DNA of 64,000 nucleotides from Dehalococcoidia bacterium (GCA_965207695.1 CBDBNA010000011.1:4193-68192); one strand, 5' to 3'. Counted from the stretch's first letter, positions 46,510 to 56,635 are shown. Made by a program: numbers and translations. Notes: generated from the sequence alone by a model not told the origin.

Positions 46510-47451
46510 ATGTCGCAGACGCTGAGCGCGGAGCAGGTGCGGTTCTACCGCGAGAACGGGTATGTGGTGCTGCCGGGCGCGCTGCCCGCCGAGATGCTGC
46601 GGGCGATGCGCGCCGAGACGGACCGCATCGTGGCGGAGGCGGCCTCGCTGACCGAGAGCGACGCGAGCTACGACCTGGAGGACTCGCACACGCCGGAGGC
46701 GCCACGCGTGCGTCGGATCAAGGATCCCGTGAACGCCTCGCCGGTGTTCAAGGACCTGATGGCCAGCGAGACGATCTGCGCGATCCTGCGGCCGCTGCTG
46801 GGCGACGACATCCGCTTCCACCACGGCAAGATGAACATGAAGCACGCGGAGTACGGCGCCCCCGTGGAGTGGCACACCGACTGGGCGTTCTATCCCCACA
46901 CGAACGACGACGTCCTGGAGGTGGGGATGCTGCTGGACGACTGCGACGAGGCGAACGGTCCGCTGCTGGTGATTCCGGGCAGCCACACCGGCCCCGCCTA
47001 CAACCACCACGCCGGCGGTTACTTCTGCGGGGCGATGGACCCCCGCGCGCGGGAGGTGGACTTCGCCAAGGCGGTGGCGCTAACCGGCCCGGCGGGGACG
47101 ATCACGCTGCACCACGTGCGCACCGTGCACGGGTCGTCGCTGAATCGGTCGGACCATCCGCGGCGGCTGCTGCTCTACGGCTACACGGCCGCCGACGCCT
47201 GGCCGCTGACCGGCGGTGTCGGCCCCGCCTTCGATCTGGCCGCGTTCAACGCGCAGATGGTGACGGGCGAGCCCACGCTCCGGCCTCGCTTGGCGGCGGT
47301 GCCGGTGCAGCTGCCCCTGCCGCCGGCGCCCAAGGGGGGCTCGATCTACGAGAACCAGAAGGGGACCGCCGCGCGCTACTTCGACACGTACGAGGCGGTC
47401 ACGCCCGCGGCGGGGAACGGCGCGACGGCCGAGGCGCCGGCGGGCAGCTGA
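46510..47451 (+). CDS. Phytanoyl-CoA dioxygenase (PhyH) family Fe(II)/2OG oxygenase
   Basis: HxD...H facial triad context (WHTDWAF...H) in the PhyH-like fold. Confidence 0.75.
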   Translation: MSQTLSAEQVRFYRENGYVVLPGALPAEMLRAMRAETDRIVAEAASLTESDASYDLEDSHTPEAPRVRRIKDPVNASPVFKDLMASETICAILRPLLGDDIRFHHGKMNMKHAEYGAPVEWHTDWAFYPHTNDDVLEVGMLLDDCDEANGPLLVIPGSHTGPAYNHHAGGYFCGAMDPRAREVDFAKAVALTGPAGTITLHHVRTVHGSSLNRSDHPRRLLLYGYTAADAWPLTGGVGPAFDLAAFNAQMVTGEPTLRPRLAAVPVQLPLPPAPKGGSIYENQKGTAARYFDTYEAVTPAAGNGATAEAPAGS

Positions 47452-47467
47452 GGCGCGCCCCCAGCGC

Positions 47468-49042
47468 TCAGGGCCGGTACGGGGCGGGCGGCGGGCCCAG
47501 TTGGTCGCGCAGGATGGCCTGAGCGTCGCGGACGAACTCCACGGCCAGCGGGCGCGTCCGGCGGGGGTCGATGATCTCCTGCCCGGAATTCTCCGCCGTG
47601 CGGAACGGTGAGGCGAGCGACTTCAGCATCGCCTCGATGCGGCGCTCCTCGGCGGCCGGGTCGTCGGCCTCGTCGATGCGGCGCCGGTAGGCGGCGCGCG
47701 TGCCCCCCTCGATGTGCATCGAGCCCCACGAGGCGGACGGCCAGACGAAACGCTCGAACATGCCGGTCGGCCGGTGCTGGCACTGCCCGGCGACGCCGAA
47801 CAACTGCCCCAGGACGATGGCCAGCCAGGGGGCACGGCTCTCGCACACGGCGGCGACCAGGCGCGCGCCCGCCCGCTCGATGCCCATCAGCTCCGACTGC
47901 AACCCGACCAGGAAGCCGGGCTCGTCGGCGAACGAGATGATGGGCAGGTGGAACGTGTCGCAGAGGGCGAGCAGGCGGATCACCTTGTCGCCCTCCTGCG
48001 GGCCGGTCGCGCCGCCCTGATGCAGCGGGTTGTTGCCCATCACCGCGACCGGGTAGCCGTCGATCCGGGCTAGGCCGGTGACCCGCGCCTTGCCGTAGAA
48101 CGGCGCGATCTCGAAAAAAGATCCCTCGTCGATCACGCTGTTGATGATCCTGCGCACGTCGTACGGGCGGCGGCGGTTGCGCGGCACGGCCTCCAGCAGC
48201 CACTCGTCCTGCCGCATCGGGTCGTCGCCGATCTCCTGGCGCGGGGCCATCTCCCAGACGCTGGGCGGGAGGTAGCCCAGGAAGTCGCGGATCATGGCGA
48301 AGGCGTGGTCCTCGGACTCGGCGAGGTTGTCGACGGAGCCCGTGGCCTGGTGGATGTGGACGTCCTCGCCGCCCAGATCCTCCTTCGTGATGTCGTAGCC
48401 CAGCGACGCCTTGACGACGGGCGGCCCGCCGGGGAAGAGCTGGCTGATGCCGGAGACCATGAGATTGAAGTGCGCGAGGCAGGCGTCAACCGCCGGCAGG
48501 CCCGCCACCGACCCCATCACGGCGGACACGACAGGCACTTCGCTCAGCAGCGCGACCGAGATCTGCGACCACTCGTTTCCGTCGGGCAAGTAGGTCCGCC
48601 CGATCTCCTCGAAGTGGGCCACGCTGCCGCCGGCGGCGTCGAGCAGGCGGACGTAGGGCAGGCGCCAGCGGCGGGCGCGGTCGCTGGCGCGGATCTCCTG
48701 GCCGATGCCCTCGCCGCTGCCGCCGGAGCCGCCGCGCACCGTGAAGTCGCCGGCGGAGACGACGACCTTGCGTCCGTTGAGCCGCATCGTGCCCTCGACG
48801 CTGCCGCTGGGCAGGAACGACTCGAGTTGGCCGTCCTCGTCGTAAGTTCCCGTGCCCATGAAGCTGCGGAATTCCTGGAAGGAGCCGGGGTCGGCCAGAC
48901 CGTCCATGCGCTCGCGGACGGTGAGCTTCCCGCGGCGGCGCTGCCGGGCGATGCCCTCCGGTCCCCCCATGCCGGCCGCGAACTCGTGGCGTCGCCGGAT
49001 CTCTTCGACTTCGGGTTCCCAGGACATCGCATACTCCCGCAC
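47468..49042 (-). CDS. Acyl-CoA carboxylase carboxyltransferase subunit (propionyl-/methylmalonyl-CoA carboxylase beta-like)
   Basis: Two carboxyltransferase half-domains (GGSGGSGEG and AVMGNNPLHQGG motifs). Confidence 0.85.
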   Translation of the reverse strand: MREYAMSWEPEVEEIRRRHEFAAGMGGPEGIARQRRRGKLTVRERMDGLADPGSFQEFRSFMGTGTYDEDGQLESFLPSGSVEGTMRLNGRKVVVSAGDFTVRGGSGGSGEGIGQEIRASDRARRWRLPYVRLLDAAGGSVAHFEEIGRTYLPDGNEWSQISVALLSEVPVVSAVMGSVAGLPAVDACLAHFNLMVSGISQLFPGGPPVVKASLGYDITKEDLGGEDVHIHQATGSVDNLAESEDHAFAMIRDFLGYLPPSVWEMAPRQEIGDDPMRQDEWLLEAVPRNRRRPYDVRRIINSVIDEGSFFEIAPFYGKARVTGLARIDGYPVAVMGNNPLHQGGATGPQEGDKVIRLLALCDTFHLPIISFADEPGFLVGLQSELMGIERAGARLVAAVCESRAPWLAIVLGQLFGVAGQCQHRPTGMFERFVWPSASWGSMHIEGGTRAAYRRRIDEADDPAAEERRIEAMLKSLASPFRTAENSGQEIIDPRRTRPLAVEFVRDAQAILRDQLGPPPAPYRP

Positions 49043-49169
49043 TGTGGCTTCAGTAATGAGGGCTCGGCCGCCGGCACACCGGCCGGGACGGCGCGAGATT
49101 TTCCAACCGCCGCCTGAGGCTACCGCGCGCCGCCGCAGCGGACGATAGGCTGCGCGGCAGGAGTGCGGT

Positions 49170-49739
49170 ATGGCGAGCCCCGGCCCGGACGACGACTGGC
49201 AGCGCTATCTGAACTTTCGCTGCACCGGCTGCGGCAACTGCTGCCGCCGCACGCACGTGCTCATCACCGAGGACGACGTGCGGCGCATCGAGCGCGGCGC
49301 GGGGCGGCCCGTGTCGGAGTTCGTGCGCTTCGTGCCGGAGGAGGACATGGCGCTCGAGAAGCGCAGCCCCTGGTGGATCCGCTTCAGCGGCGGCCGGGCG
49401 GCCATGACGCTGCGGCACCGTCCGGGCGGCGCCTGCGTCTTCCTCGACGATGCCGACCGCTGCACGATCTACGAGCACCGGCCCGTGACCTGTCGCGAGC
49501 ACCCGTTCGAACTCGAGGTGTCGGCCGGGGGCGCGCTGGAGTTCATCGCGCTGAGCGACATCGTCGAGTGCCCGCACGACTGGGACGGCTGCATCAGCCG
49601 CCGCGACTTGGTGGCGGTCGCACGCTGGAACCAGCGCCAGTCCGACGCGTACCTGGACGACGTGCAGCGCTGGAATCGGCGGCGCAAGGGTCGCAAGACG
49701 CGCCCCGGCTTCCTGCGCTACCTGGGTTTCGAGGTCTGA
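49170..49739 (+). CDS. YkgJ family cysteine-cluster protein (UPF0153)
   Basis: CTGCGNCC...C motif typical of YkgJ/FliB-type zinc or Fe-S proteins. Confidence 0.75.
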   Translation: MASPGPDDDWQRYLNFRCTGCGNCCRRTHVLITEDDVRRIERGAGRPVSEFVRFVPEEDMALEKRSPWWIRFSGGRAAMTLRHRPGGACVFLDDADRCTIYEHRPVTCREHPFELEVSAGGALEFIALSDIVECPHDWDGCISRRDLVAVARWNQRQSDAYLDDVQRWNRRRKGRKTRPGFLRYLGFEV

Positions 49740-50547
49740 GCCGCCGCGACGGGGCATCGCGCCAGATGCGTGCACCGCTTGTCCCCCGCTTCTGCACCGA
49801 GGCATGGCGGCTCGTCCACCAGAAATGGTCCCTCGCTCGTCGACAGAAGATGGCTGTTCGCGTCCGAACCAATGCTGTCGGGTCCACCGCGATCGACCGG
49901 TGCAGGCTGCCATCGATCAGCTTTGGATCTCGCGTTATCTCCCGAACGCGCTCGGAATCGCCATGATCGATGGTTTTCAAGGGTGCTAACTTGTTCCTGG
50001 CTTCGGGAGGGGCGCAAGCCCGGACTGAAGTCCCGAGGGGCAAGCGGCCCAGGACGCGGATGTGGCATGCATCCGCCCGGGACGCGGAGCAAGGCCCGGG
50101 GGTGTCGGCTGCAGCCGAGATAGCGCCTCCAGCCAGCGACCGCGAACCGGCCGTCCCGGCACTTGGGGTCCGTGAGGACCGAATTTGCCGGGAGCCGCCT
50201 GGGGTCTTGAGAGGCGGACTGGAGATCCGCCGCTGTGCCGCCTATCCGGCGCCCCGGCCATCGGCCCTCCGTTTCGATGGGGATGGATGTCGATCCCCGG
50301 CGAAACGCAGGGACGTCGGGCACTCCACGCGCAGCCCGGTGGGCGCTCAAGGGCTTCGGCCGAAGGCCCAAGAGCGACCCCCGGGCTGTTGTCGTTAACG
50401 ACGCGTCGCGCCCACCCGCCGGCGCCGCTGCCGCTCGTTGGCCGCCCGCCGCGCTTGATTGCCGCCCCCGGTCGGGGGTGTTACCGTTTCGCCGTTCACG
50501 CGACCGCGCGCCGCCGTTGGACGGCGCAGTTTCCGGAGAGTGCCCGA

Positions 50548-50748
50548 GTGCTGCAGGTCACGCGCAAGGACGGTGAGGACGGCGAGGCCCTCCTGCGCCG
50601 CTTCAACAAGCTGGTCCAGCGCGATGGGGTTCTGCAGGAGGCGCGCCGGCGCCGGCACTTCATCTCGAACCGCGAGAAGCAGCGCCAGGCGGAGCGCCGC
50701 GCCGCGCGCCGCCGCCGTCGCTCCGCGATCAAGGCCCGCCCCCGCTAG
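50548..50748 (+). CDS. rpsU: 30S ribosomal protein S21
   Basis: VLQVTRKDGEDGEALLRRFNKLVQRDGVLQEARRRRHFI...[12 protein letters not shown] start with GGAGAG 8 nt upstream. Confidence 0.8.
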   Translation: MLQVTRKDGEDGEALLRRFNKLVQRDGVLQEARRRRHFISNREKQRQAERRAARRRRRSAIKARPR

Positions 50749-50777
50749 TTCCGCATCGATTCCCCGGCGCTGCCGGT

Positions 50778-51728
50778 TCAGCCCAGCCGCGACTCCGGCG
50801 TGGGGCCGAACAGCACGCGCAACTCCGCGTCCGCGACCAGGCAGGCGGCATCGAAGTGGGCGAAGCTGGCGGGGTCGAGGCCGCGCAGGGCGATCGAGGC
50901 CGTCTCCTCCTGGATGGCGCGGAAGACGCCGACGTACGTGATCAGCCGCACGCTCTCCGGGAACCGCCCCAGCGCGGCGATCGCCGCGCGCGTGCCGGCG
51001 CGGAGCATCTTGCGCACCGGGCCGCCGTGCTCTGGTTCGGCCGCGGGCGCGGCGGCGACCACGCGCGGGCCGGCCAGTCCGGGCAGCCGCTGCAGGCTCC
51101 AGGCGTCCTCCGCGGGTGCGGTGGTCGTGTTGCCGGCGGTGCGGATCCCGTTCGCGACAAGCACGAGGAAGTCGACGAGCTGCGTGACCTTGTCGGAGTC
51201 CTCCGGCAGGCGATGCAGCGCCGTGCTGTCGAGCTGGAACTGCCCGAACACCTGGTTGGTGAAGCGCGCCCAGTGCGGCGACAGCCCGCCCTGCACGCTC
51301 AAGTAGGAGCCCTCGTCGCCGACCTTGCGAATGCCCAGCGTGACGGGGAAGCCCACCTCGGCGCGGTCGCCCGGAGCGAGTCCGGCAGCGGCCTCGCGGA
51401 TGCGTTGGAGCGCGGCGTGGTCGTCCGGCTCGGGGATTGGCGCGCCGGGCGGCGTCCACAGGACCAAGCCGTCGAGCTCGGCGCCGGCGGCGTCCGAGAG
51501 GGCCTGCGCGAGGGCCGCGCAGCGGGCGTCGGTCTCCTCGTCCGGGCTGAAGAGGGGTACGACCGCGAGCGTGGCGTCGCGGTCGTCCGGCAGGGCGAGC
51601 CGGGCCAGCCCGACGCCCTCGGCCGACGACAACTCCCGCGGATCGGCCGGGAGGCCGCGTTCGCGCCGCAGCCAGTCGAGCGTCTGGGCGACGCCGATTT
51701 CCGTGAAGCTGTGGATCGACTCGGGCAC
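50778..51728 (-). CDS. Hypothetical protein
   Basis: 316 aa of protein-like composition. The alternative frame, a 450-aa Arg/Gly-rich ORF, is rejected. Confidence 0.5.
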   Translation of the reverse strand: MPESIHSFTEIGVAQTLDWLRRERGLPADPRELSSAEGVGLARLALPDDRDATLAVVPLFSPDEETDARCAALAQALSDAAGAELDGLVLWTPPGAPIPEPDDHAALQRIREAAAGLAPGDRAEVGFPVTLGIRKVGDEGSYLSVQGGLSPHWARFTNQVFGQFQLDSTALHRLPEDSDKVTQLVDFLVLVANGIRTAGNTTTAPAEDAWSLQRLPGLAGPRVVAAAPAAEPEHGGPVRKMLRAGTRAAIAALGRFPESVRLITYVGVFRAIQEETASIALRGLDPASFAHFDAACLVADAELRVLFGPTPESRLG

Positions 51729-51906
51729 CGCGTCCTCGTGGTGGCATGCATCCGTCGCGCGCGCCGGCGCGCGTGACGCCCGGAGCCTACCCAGGCTGCC
51801 GCGCCCCGGCTACTCGGCGCGGCGGTCGATGGGCCGGCGCCCGCCGGGGCGTAGGATGGTCGCGCGCCGTATGGCGACCGATCGGTCGATCGGGGAGGGA
51901 GACGGC

Positions 51907-52971
51907 GTGCGCAGCGGCAAGCTCGACCCGGCACTGCTGGAGGCGTTGCTGGCGGCGGCGTTAGCCCCGCCCGCCGCCGGGAATGCCGCCGCGGGCGCGC
52001 TGGCGCTGGGACCGGGCGCCGGCCGCGACGCGGCCGCCATCCGCCTGCCCGACCGCTACCTCGTGCTCGCGGCCGACCCGATCACGTTCGCCGGACAGTC
52101 AGGCGCGGCGGATGCGGCGCGGGTCGGGCAGGCGGCGGTGCACGTCAACGCGAACGACGTGGTCTGCCTTGGGGCGGAGCCCCGCTGGTTCCTCGCCACG
52201 GTGCTGCTCCCGCACGATGGCGACGCCGACGACCTTGCAGGCCTGTTCGATGGGATCCGGGGGGCCTGCGCGGCGGTGGGCGCGACGCTCGCCGGGGGGC
52301 ATACGGAGGTCAGCGAGGCCGTGTCGCGGCTGGTGGTGGCGGGCACGATGGTGGGGGAGGCGCCGCTCGAGAGGCTCTACGCGCCGACGCGGATCGCGGC
52401 CGGCGACGCCCTGGTCCAGATCGGCCCGGCCGCGATTGAGGGGACGGCGCTGCTGGCGGCCGATGCCGCGGGGGCGCTTCGGCGGGCGGGCCTCGCACCG
52501 GCGACCATCGCCGCCGCGGCGGCCCTGGCCGACGACCCGGGGATCAGCGTCGTGGGGATGGCGCGGGCGGCCTGGGACGCGCCGGGGTTGCACAGCCTGC
52601 ACGATCCGACGGAGGGCGGGGTCGCGACGGCCTGCTGGGAGATGGCGCTCGCGGCCGGGCTGGGGGTCGAGGTCGATGAGGCGGATGCCCTCGTGCACCC
52701 GCTGACGACCGTGGTCGCGGAGGCGCTGGGGATCGATTGGCGGGGGCTGCTGGCGTCGGGCTGCCTGCTGGCGGCGGTGGAGGCGCGGGAGGCGGATGCG
52801 TTCGTGGCGCGGCTGCGGGCCGCGGGGGAGTCCGCGTGTCGCATCGGCCGGTTCACCGCCTCGCAAGGCGACCCGGGCCGACCCGCTATACTCCGGGCGT
52901 CAACGGGGCCCCGCGCACTCCCCCGGTTCACGCGTGATGAAGCGCTGCGGGTCCTCAGCCCGGAAGGCTGA
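51907..52971 (+). CDS. AIR synthase-related (PurM-superfamily) protein
   Basis: PurM-like N- and C-terminal domains (VHVNANDVVCLGAEP..., GGHTEV...). GTG at 51907 preceded by GGGAGGGAGA. Alternative ATGs lie at 51856 and 51871. Confidence 0.6.
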   Translation: MRSGKLDPALLEALLAAALAPPAAGNAAAGALALGPGAGRDAAAIRLPDRYLVLAADPITFAGQSGAADAARVGQAAVHVNANDVVCLGAEPRWFLATVLLPHDGDADDLAGLFDGIRGACAAVGATLAGGHTEVSEAVSRLVVAGTMVGEAPLERLYAPTRIAAGDALVQIGPAAIEGTALLAADAAGALRRAGLAPATIAAAAALADDPGISVVGMARAAWDAPGLHSLHDPTEGGVATACWEMALAAGLGVEVDEADALVHPLTTVVAEALGIDWRGLLASGCLLAAVEAREADAFVARLRAAGESACRIGRFTASQGDPGRPAILRASTGPRALPRFTRDEALRVLSPEG

Positions 52972-53031
52972 TCTTCAGCCCCGGGCTGCGAGCCAGGCGC
53001 GGATGCAGCCGCGCGCCGAAGGGACCCGGCA

Positions 53032-54459
53032 GTGGCCACTCCCGCCGACACTCCGACCGACGCCGCGCCCCGTCCGACGACGCTGGGGGCGCTGCGCGCC
53101 AGTGGCTACCGCCCGCGTCCGCTGCGCGCCGAGATGCGGGAGAACCTCGTGGCGCGGTTGCGAGCGGGCGCGCCGCTCTTCCCGGGCATCCAGGGCTACG
53201 ACGAGACCGTGCTGCCGGCGTTGCAGAACGCGATCCTGGCCGGGCAGGACATGATCCTGCTGGGCGAGCGCGGGCAGGCGAAGAGCCGCATCATCCGCGC
53301 GCTGGTCTCGCTGCTCGACGACTGGGCGCCGGTGCTCGACGGCCCCGAGATCCCCGAGAACCCCTTCGCCCCGATCTCCGAGCAGGGGCAGCGCCTGGTC
53401 GCGGAGCAGGGGGATGAGGCCCCCATCCGCTGGCTGGCGGCCGAGGAACGCTACGGCGAGAAGCTGGCCACGCCCGACATCACGATCGCCGACCTGATCG
53501 GCGAGGTGGACCCGATCAAGGTCGCGGAGGGGCGCTATCTCTCCGACGCGCTCACGATCCACTTCGGGCTGGTGCCGCGCACCAACCGCGGCATCTTCTG
53601 CATCAACGAACTGCCGGACCTCGCGGAGCGCATCCAGGTGGGGCTGCTGAACATCATGGAGGAGCGCGACGTACAGATCCGCGGCTTCCGGGTGCGGCTG
53701 CCGTTGGACATCCTGATCGTCGCCAGCGCGAATCCGGAGGACTACACCAACCGCGGGCGCATCATCACGCCGCTCAAGGACCGCTATGGCGCGCAGATTC
53801 GCACCCATTACCCGGAATTAGTGGAGACCGAGATCGCGATCATGCGCCAGGAGGTCGCGCCGATCTCGGTCGAAGGACTGCGCGTCGACGTGCCTGCCTA
53901 CATGGAGGAGGTCGTCGCCGAGGTGACGCGGCTGGCGCGGCGCAGCCCCGACATCAGCCAGCGCTCGGGCGTGTCGGTGCGGGCGTCCATCGCGGCGATG
54001 GAGACGCTGGTCGCGAACGCCGTGCGGCGCGCGATCGCGCTCGAGGAATCGCACGTCGTGCCGCGGGTTAGCGACCTGCCGCACGTGCTGCCCGCGATCC
54101 AGGGCAAAATGGAGATGGAGACGGTCGACGACGACAAGGACGCGCAGGTCTTGGAGAAGATGCTGCAAGGTGGCGTCGCCGCCGTGTTCAACCGCCGCTT
54201 CAACGTCGTGGATCTCGAGGAGGTCGTGACGGTGTTCAAGACGGGCACGTCGGTGGAGGTGGGCGAGGCCGTCCCCGCGGCCGACTACCCGGCCCTGCTG
54301 ACGTCGGTGGAAGGCCTCCGCGAGGCCTTGCAGCCCATGCAGGTCGGCGAAGACCCGGCCGACCTCGCGGCCGCCGTGGAGTTCGTCCTCGAGGGGTTGC
54401 ACCTGAACAAGCGCCTCAACAAGGACCAAGTGGGCGCGCGGATCCAGTATCGGGGCTGA
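53032..54459 (+). CDS. ChlI/BchI-like AAA+ ATPase (Mg-chelatase subunit I family)
   Basis: Walker A GERGQAKS, sensor region FCINELPDL, and ChlI-like ILIVASANPEDYTNRGRIITPLKDRYG. Confidence 0.8.
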   Translation: MATPADTPTDAAPRPTTLGALRASGYRPRPLRAEMRENLVARLRAGAPLFPGIQGYDETVLPALQNAILAGQDMILLGERGQAKSRIIRALVSLLDDWAPVLDGPEIPENPFAPISEQGQRLVAEQGDEAPIRWLAAEERYGEKLATPDITIADLIGEVDPIKVAEGRYLSDALTIHFGLVPRTNRGIFCINELPDLAERIQVGLLNIMEERDVQIRGFRVRLPLDILIVASANPEDYTNRGRIITPLKDRYGAQIRTHYPELVETEIAIMRQEVAPISVEGLRVDVPAYMEEVVAEVTRLARRSPDISQRSGVSVRASIAAMETLVANAVRRAIALEESHVVPRVSDLPHVLPAIQGKMEMETVDDDKDAQVLEKMLQGGVAAVFNRRFNVVDLEEVVTVFKTGTSVEVGEAVPAADYPALLTSVEGLREALQPMQVGEDPADLAAAVEFVLEGLHLNKRLNKDQVGARIQYRG

Positions 54460-54481
54460 GCGGCTCGCCGCCGCCGCGCAC

Positions 54482-56635
54482 ATGGGAGGCGCCATGGCGC
54501 TCCGCTATCGCTACAGCCGCTGGGACGGCAGCCAGGACGTCGCCGATCTGGACGCGGACGAGGTGCTGTCGGGCCTGACCGACGACCTGATGAACTTCGG
54601 CGACCTGCAGCACGCACTGCGCAACCTGATGCAGCGCGGCATGCGCTCGCCCGAGGGAGCGCGCCGGCAGGGCCTGCGGGACTTGCTGCAACGGCTGCGC
54701 CAGCAGCGCCGGCAGGCGCTCGATCGCTTCGACCTGGGGTCGGTGTTCGACGACATCCAGCGGCAGATCGACGAGATCGTCGATCTGGAGCGCGACACGC
54801 TGGACGAGCGGCTGGAAGAGGCCGGACCGCCGCCCGCGCCTGCGCCCGCGCCCGGCGACGGGGAATCGGATCCCGACGAGGCCGGCGGCGATGCGGCATC
54901 GGAGCGGGCGGACGAGTCCGAGGGCGGAGAAGCTGGGAGCGGGTCGCCCCAGGCCGGCGCGCCCGATGCGCCCTCCGAGTTCGGCGACATGCTGCGGGCG
55001 ATCGTCGAGCGCAAGCAGGCCCAATTGGACGATCTGCCCGATGACGCGCCGGGCCGCATGCGGGCGCTGCAGGACTACGAGTTCATGAACCCCGAGGCGG
55101 CGCAGAAGTACCAGGAACTGGTCGACTCGCTGCGCCAGCAGATGCTCAACGCCTTCTTCAAGGACATGTCCCAGTCGATCCAGGACATGTCGCCGCAGGA
55201 CATGGAGCGGATGCAGGAGATGGTCCGCGACCTGAACACGATGATGCAGCAACGTCTGTCCGGCGAGGAGCCGGACTTCGAGGCGTTCATGGAGAAGTAC
55301 GGCGATCTGTTCGGGGACGACCCGCCGCAGTCGCTGGACGAGCTGCTGCAGCAAATGCAGCAGCAGGCGGCGGCGATGCAGAACCTGATGGATTCACTGC
55401 CGGGGGGCATGCGCCAGCAGTTGCAGGACCTCGTCGCCGACCGGCTGGGCGATCCGGGGATGCAGCAGCAATTGGCGGAACTCGCGTCGAACCTGGAGGC
55501 GCTGATGCCGATGCGCGACCTGCGCAATCAGTATCCGTTCCGCGGCGGCGAGGAACTCGACCTGCAGGCGGCCATGCGCCTGATGGGCGAGATGCAGGAC
55601 ATGGACCAGGTCGAGCGCCAGCTGGAGCGCACGCAATACGGCGGCGACCTGGACGAGATCGATGCGGACAAGCTGGAGGAGTTGCTGGGCGAGGAGGCGC
55701 GAGAGACGCTGGAGCAGTTGCGGCAGCTGCTGCAGATCCTGGAGGACGCCGGCTACATCCGCAGGAAGGGCAACTCCTGGGAATTGACGCCCCGCGGCAA
55801 CCGCAAGATCGGCGAGGGGGCGCTGGCGGAGATCTACGCCAACCTCAAACGGCAAGACTTCGGCAAGCACAACGTGGCGGAGTTCGGCCGCTACGGGGAG
55901 CGCGCCGACGACAGCAAGCACTACGAGTTCGGCGACCCGTTCCACCTCGACCTGCGGCAGACGCTGATGAATTCGATGTACCGCGAGGGCCCGCAGGTGC
56001 CGGTGTCGCTGGACCCGGACGACTTCGAGGTCTATCGCTCCGAGACGCTCACGCAGACGGCGACGGTGTTGATGCTCGACCTCTCCTGGTCGATGGCGCT
56101 GCGCGGGTCGTTCCAGGCGGCGAAGAAGGTCGCGCTGGCGCTCAACAACCTGATCCGCATGAAGTACGCCCGCGACAGCCTGTACTTGGTGGGCTTCAGC
56201 GCTTACGCACGCGAGCTCAAGACCGAGGATCTGCCTTACGCGCGCTGGGACGAGACGGTGCTGGGCACGAACATGCACCACGCGCTGCTCATCGCCCAGC
56301 GGCTGCTCGCCAAGCACAAGGTGGGCACGCGCCAGATCATCATGATCTCCGATGGCGAGCCGACGGCGCACCTGCAGGACGGGGTGAGCCACTTCTCGTA
56401 CCCACCCAGCCAGATGACGATCCGGGAGACGCTCAAGGAGGTCCAGAACTGCACGAAGAAGGACATCGTGATCAACATCTTCATGCTGGACCGCAACTAC
56501 TACCTCAAGGAGTTCGTCTCCCGCGTCGCCCGGATCAATCGGGGCCGGGTGTTCTACACGACGCCGGATGAACTGGGCGAGTACATCCTGGTCGACTTCG
56601 TCAGCAACAAACGCAAGAGCCTCTCCAGCGCCTGA
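54482..56635 (+). CDS. vWA-domain protein with an acidic/Gln-rich linker (BchD C-terminal-like partner)
   Basis: C-terminal vWA with MIDAS DLSWSM...SDGEPT. Long acidic and Q-rich middle region. Located immediately downstream of the ChlI-like ATPase. Confidence 0.75.
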   Translation: MGGAMALRYRYSRWDGSQDVADLDADEVLSGLTDDLMNFGDLQHALRNLMQRGMRSPEGARRQGLRDLLQRLRQQRRQALDRFDLGSVFDDIQRQIDEIVDLERDTLDERLEEAGPPPAPAPAPGDGESDPDEAGGDAASERADESEGGEAGSGSPQAGAPDAPSEFGDMLRAIVERKQAQLDDLPDDAPGRMRALQDYEFMNPEAAQKYQELVDSLRQQMLNAFFKDMSQSIQDMSPQDMERMQEMVRDLNTMMQQRLSGEEPDFEAFMEKYGDLFGDDPPQSLDELLQQMQQQAAAMQNLMDSLPGGMRQQLQDLVADRLGDPGMQQQLAELASNLEALMPMRDLRNQYPFRGGEELDLQAAMRLMGEMQDMDQVERQLERTQYGGDLDEIDADKLEELLGEEARETLEQLRQLLQILEDAGYIRRKGNSWELTPRGNRKIGEGALAEIYANLKRQDFGKHNVAEFGRYGERADDSKHYEFGDPFHLDLRQTLMNSMYREGPQVPVSLDPDDFEVYRSETLTQTATVLMLDLSWSMALRGSFQAAKKVALALNNLIRMKYARDSLYLVGFSAYARELKTEDLPYARWDETVLGTNMHHALLIAQRLLAKHKVGTRQIIMISDGEPTAHLQDGVSHFSYPPSQMTIRETLKEVQNCTKKDIVINIFMLDRNYYLKEFVSRVARINRGRVFYTTPDELGEYILVDFVSNKRKSLSSA

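Noticed and set aside
49740-50547. Identification of the rpsU-upstream region as RNase P RNA, tmRNA, SRP RNA or 6S RNA
   Set aside because: The hallmark motifs are not present on either strand. These are the P4 GGAAAGUCCGG / ACAGAAACCGGCUUA, the tmRNA 3' GGUUCGAUUCC...CCA end, and the SRP GGAAGCAGCC. The region is left as unexplained structured DNA.
50395-51747. 450-aa Arg/Gly/Pro-rich minus-strand ORF
   Set aside because: It is an alternate frame of the 316-aa hypothetical (50778..51728), which has normal composition. It also overlaps rpsU in antisense.
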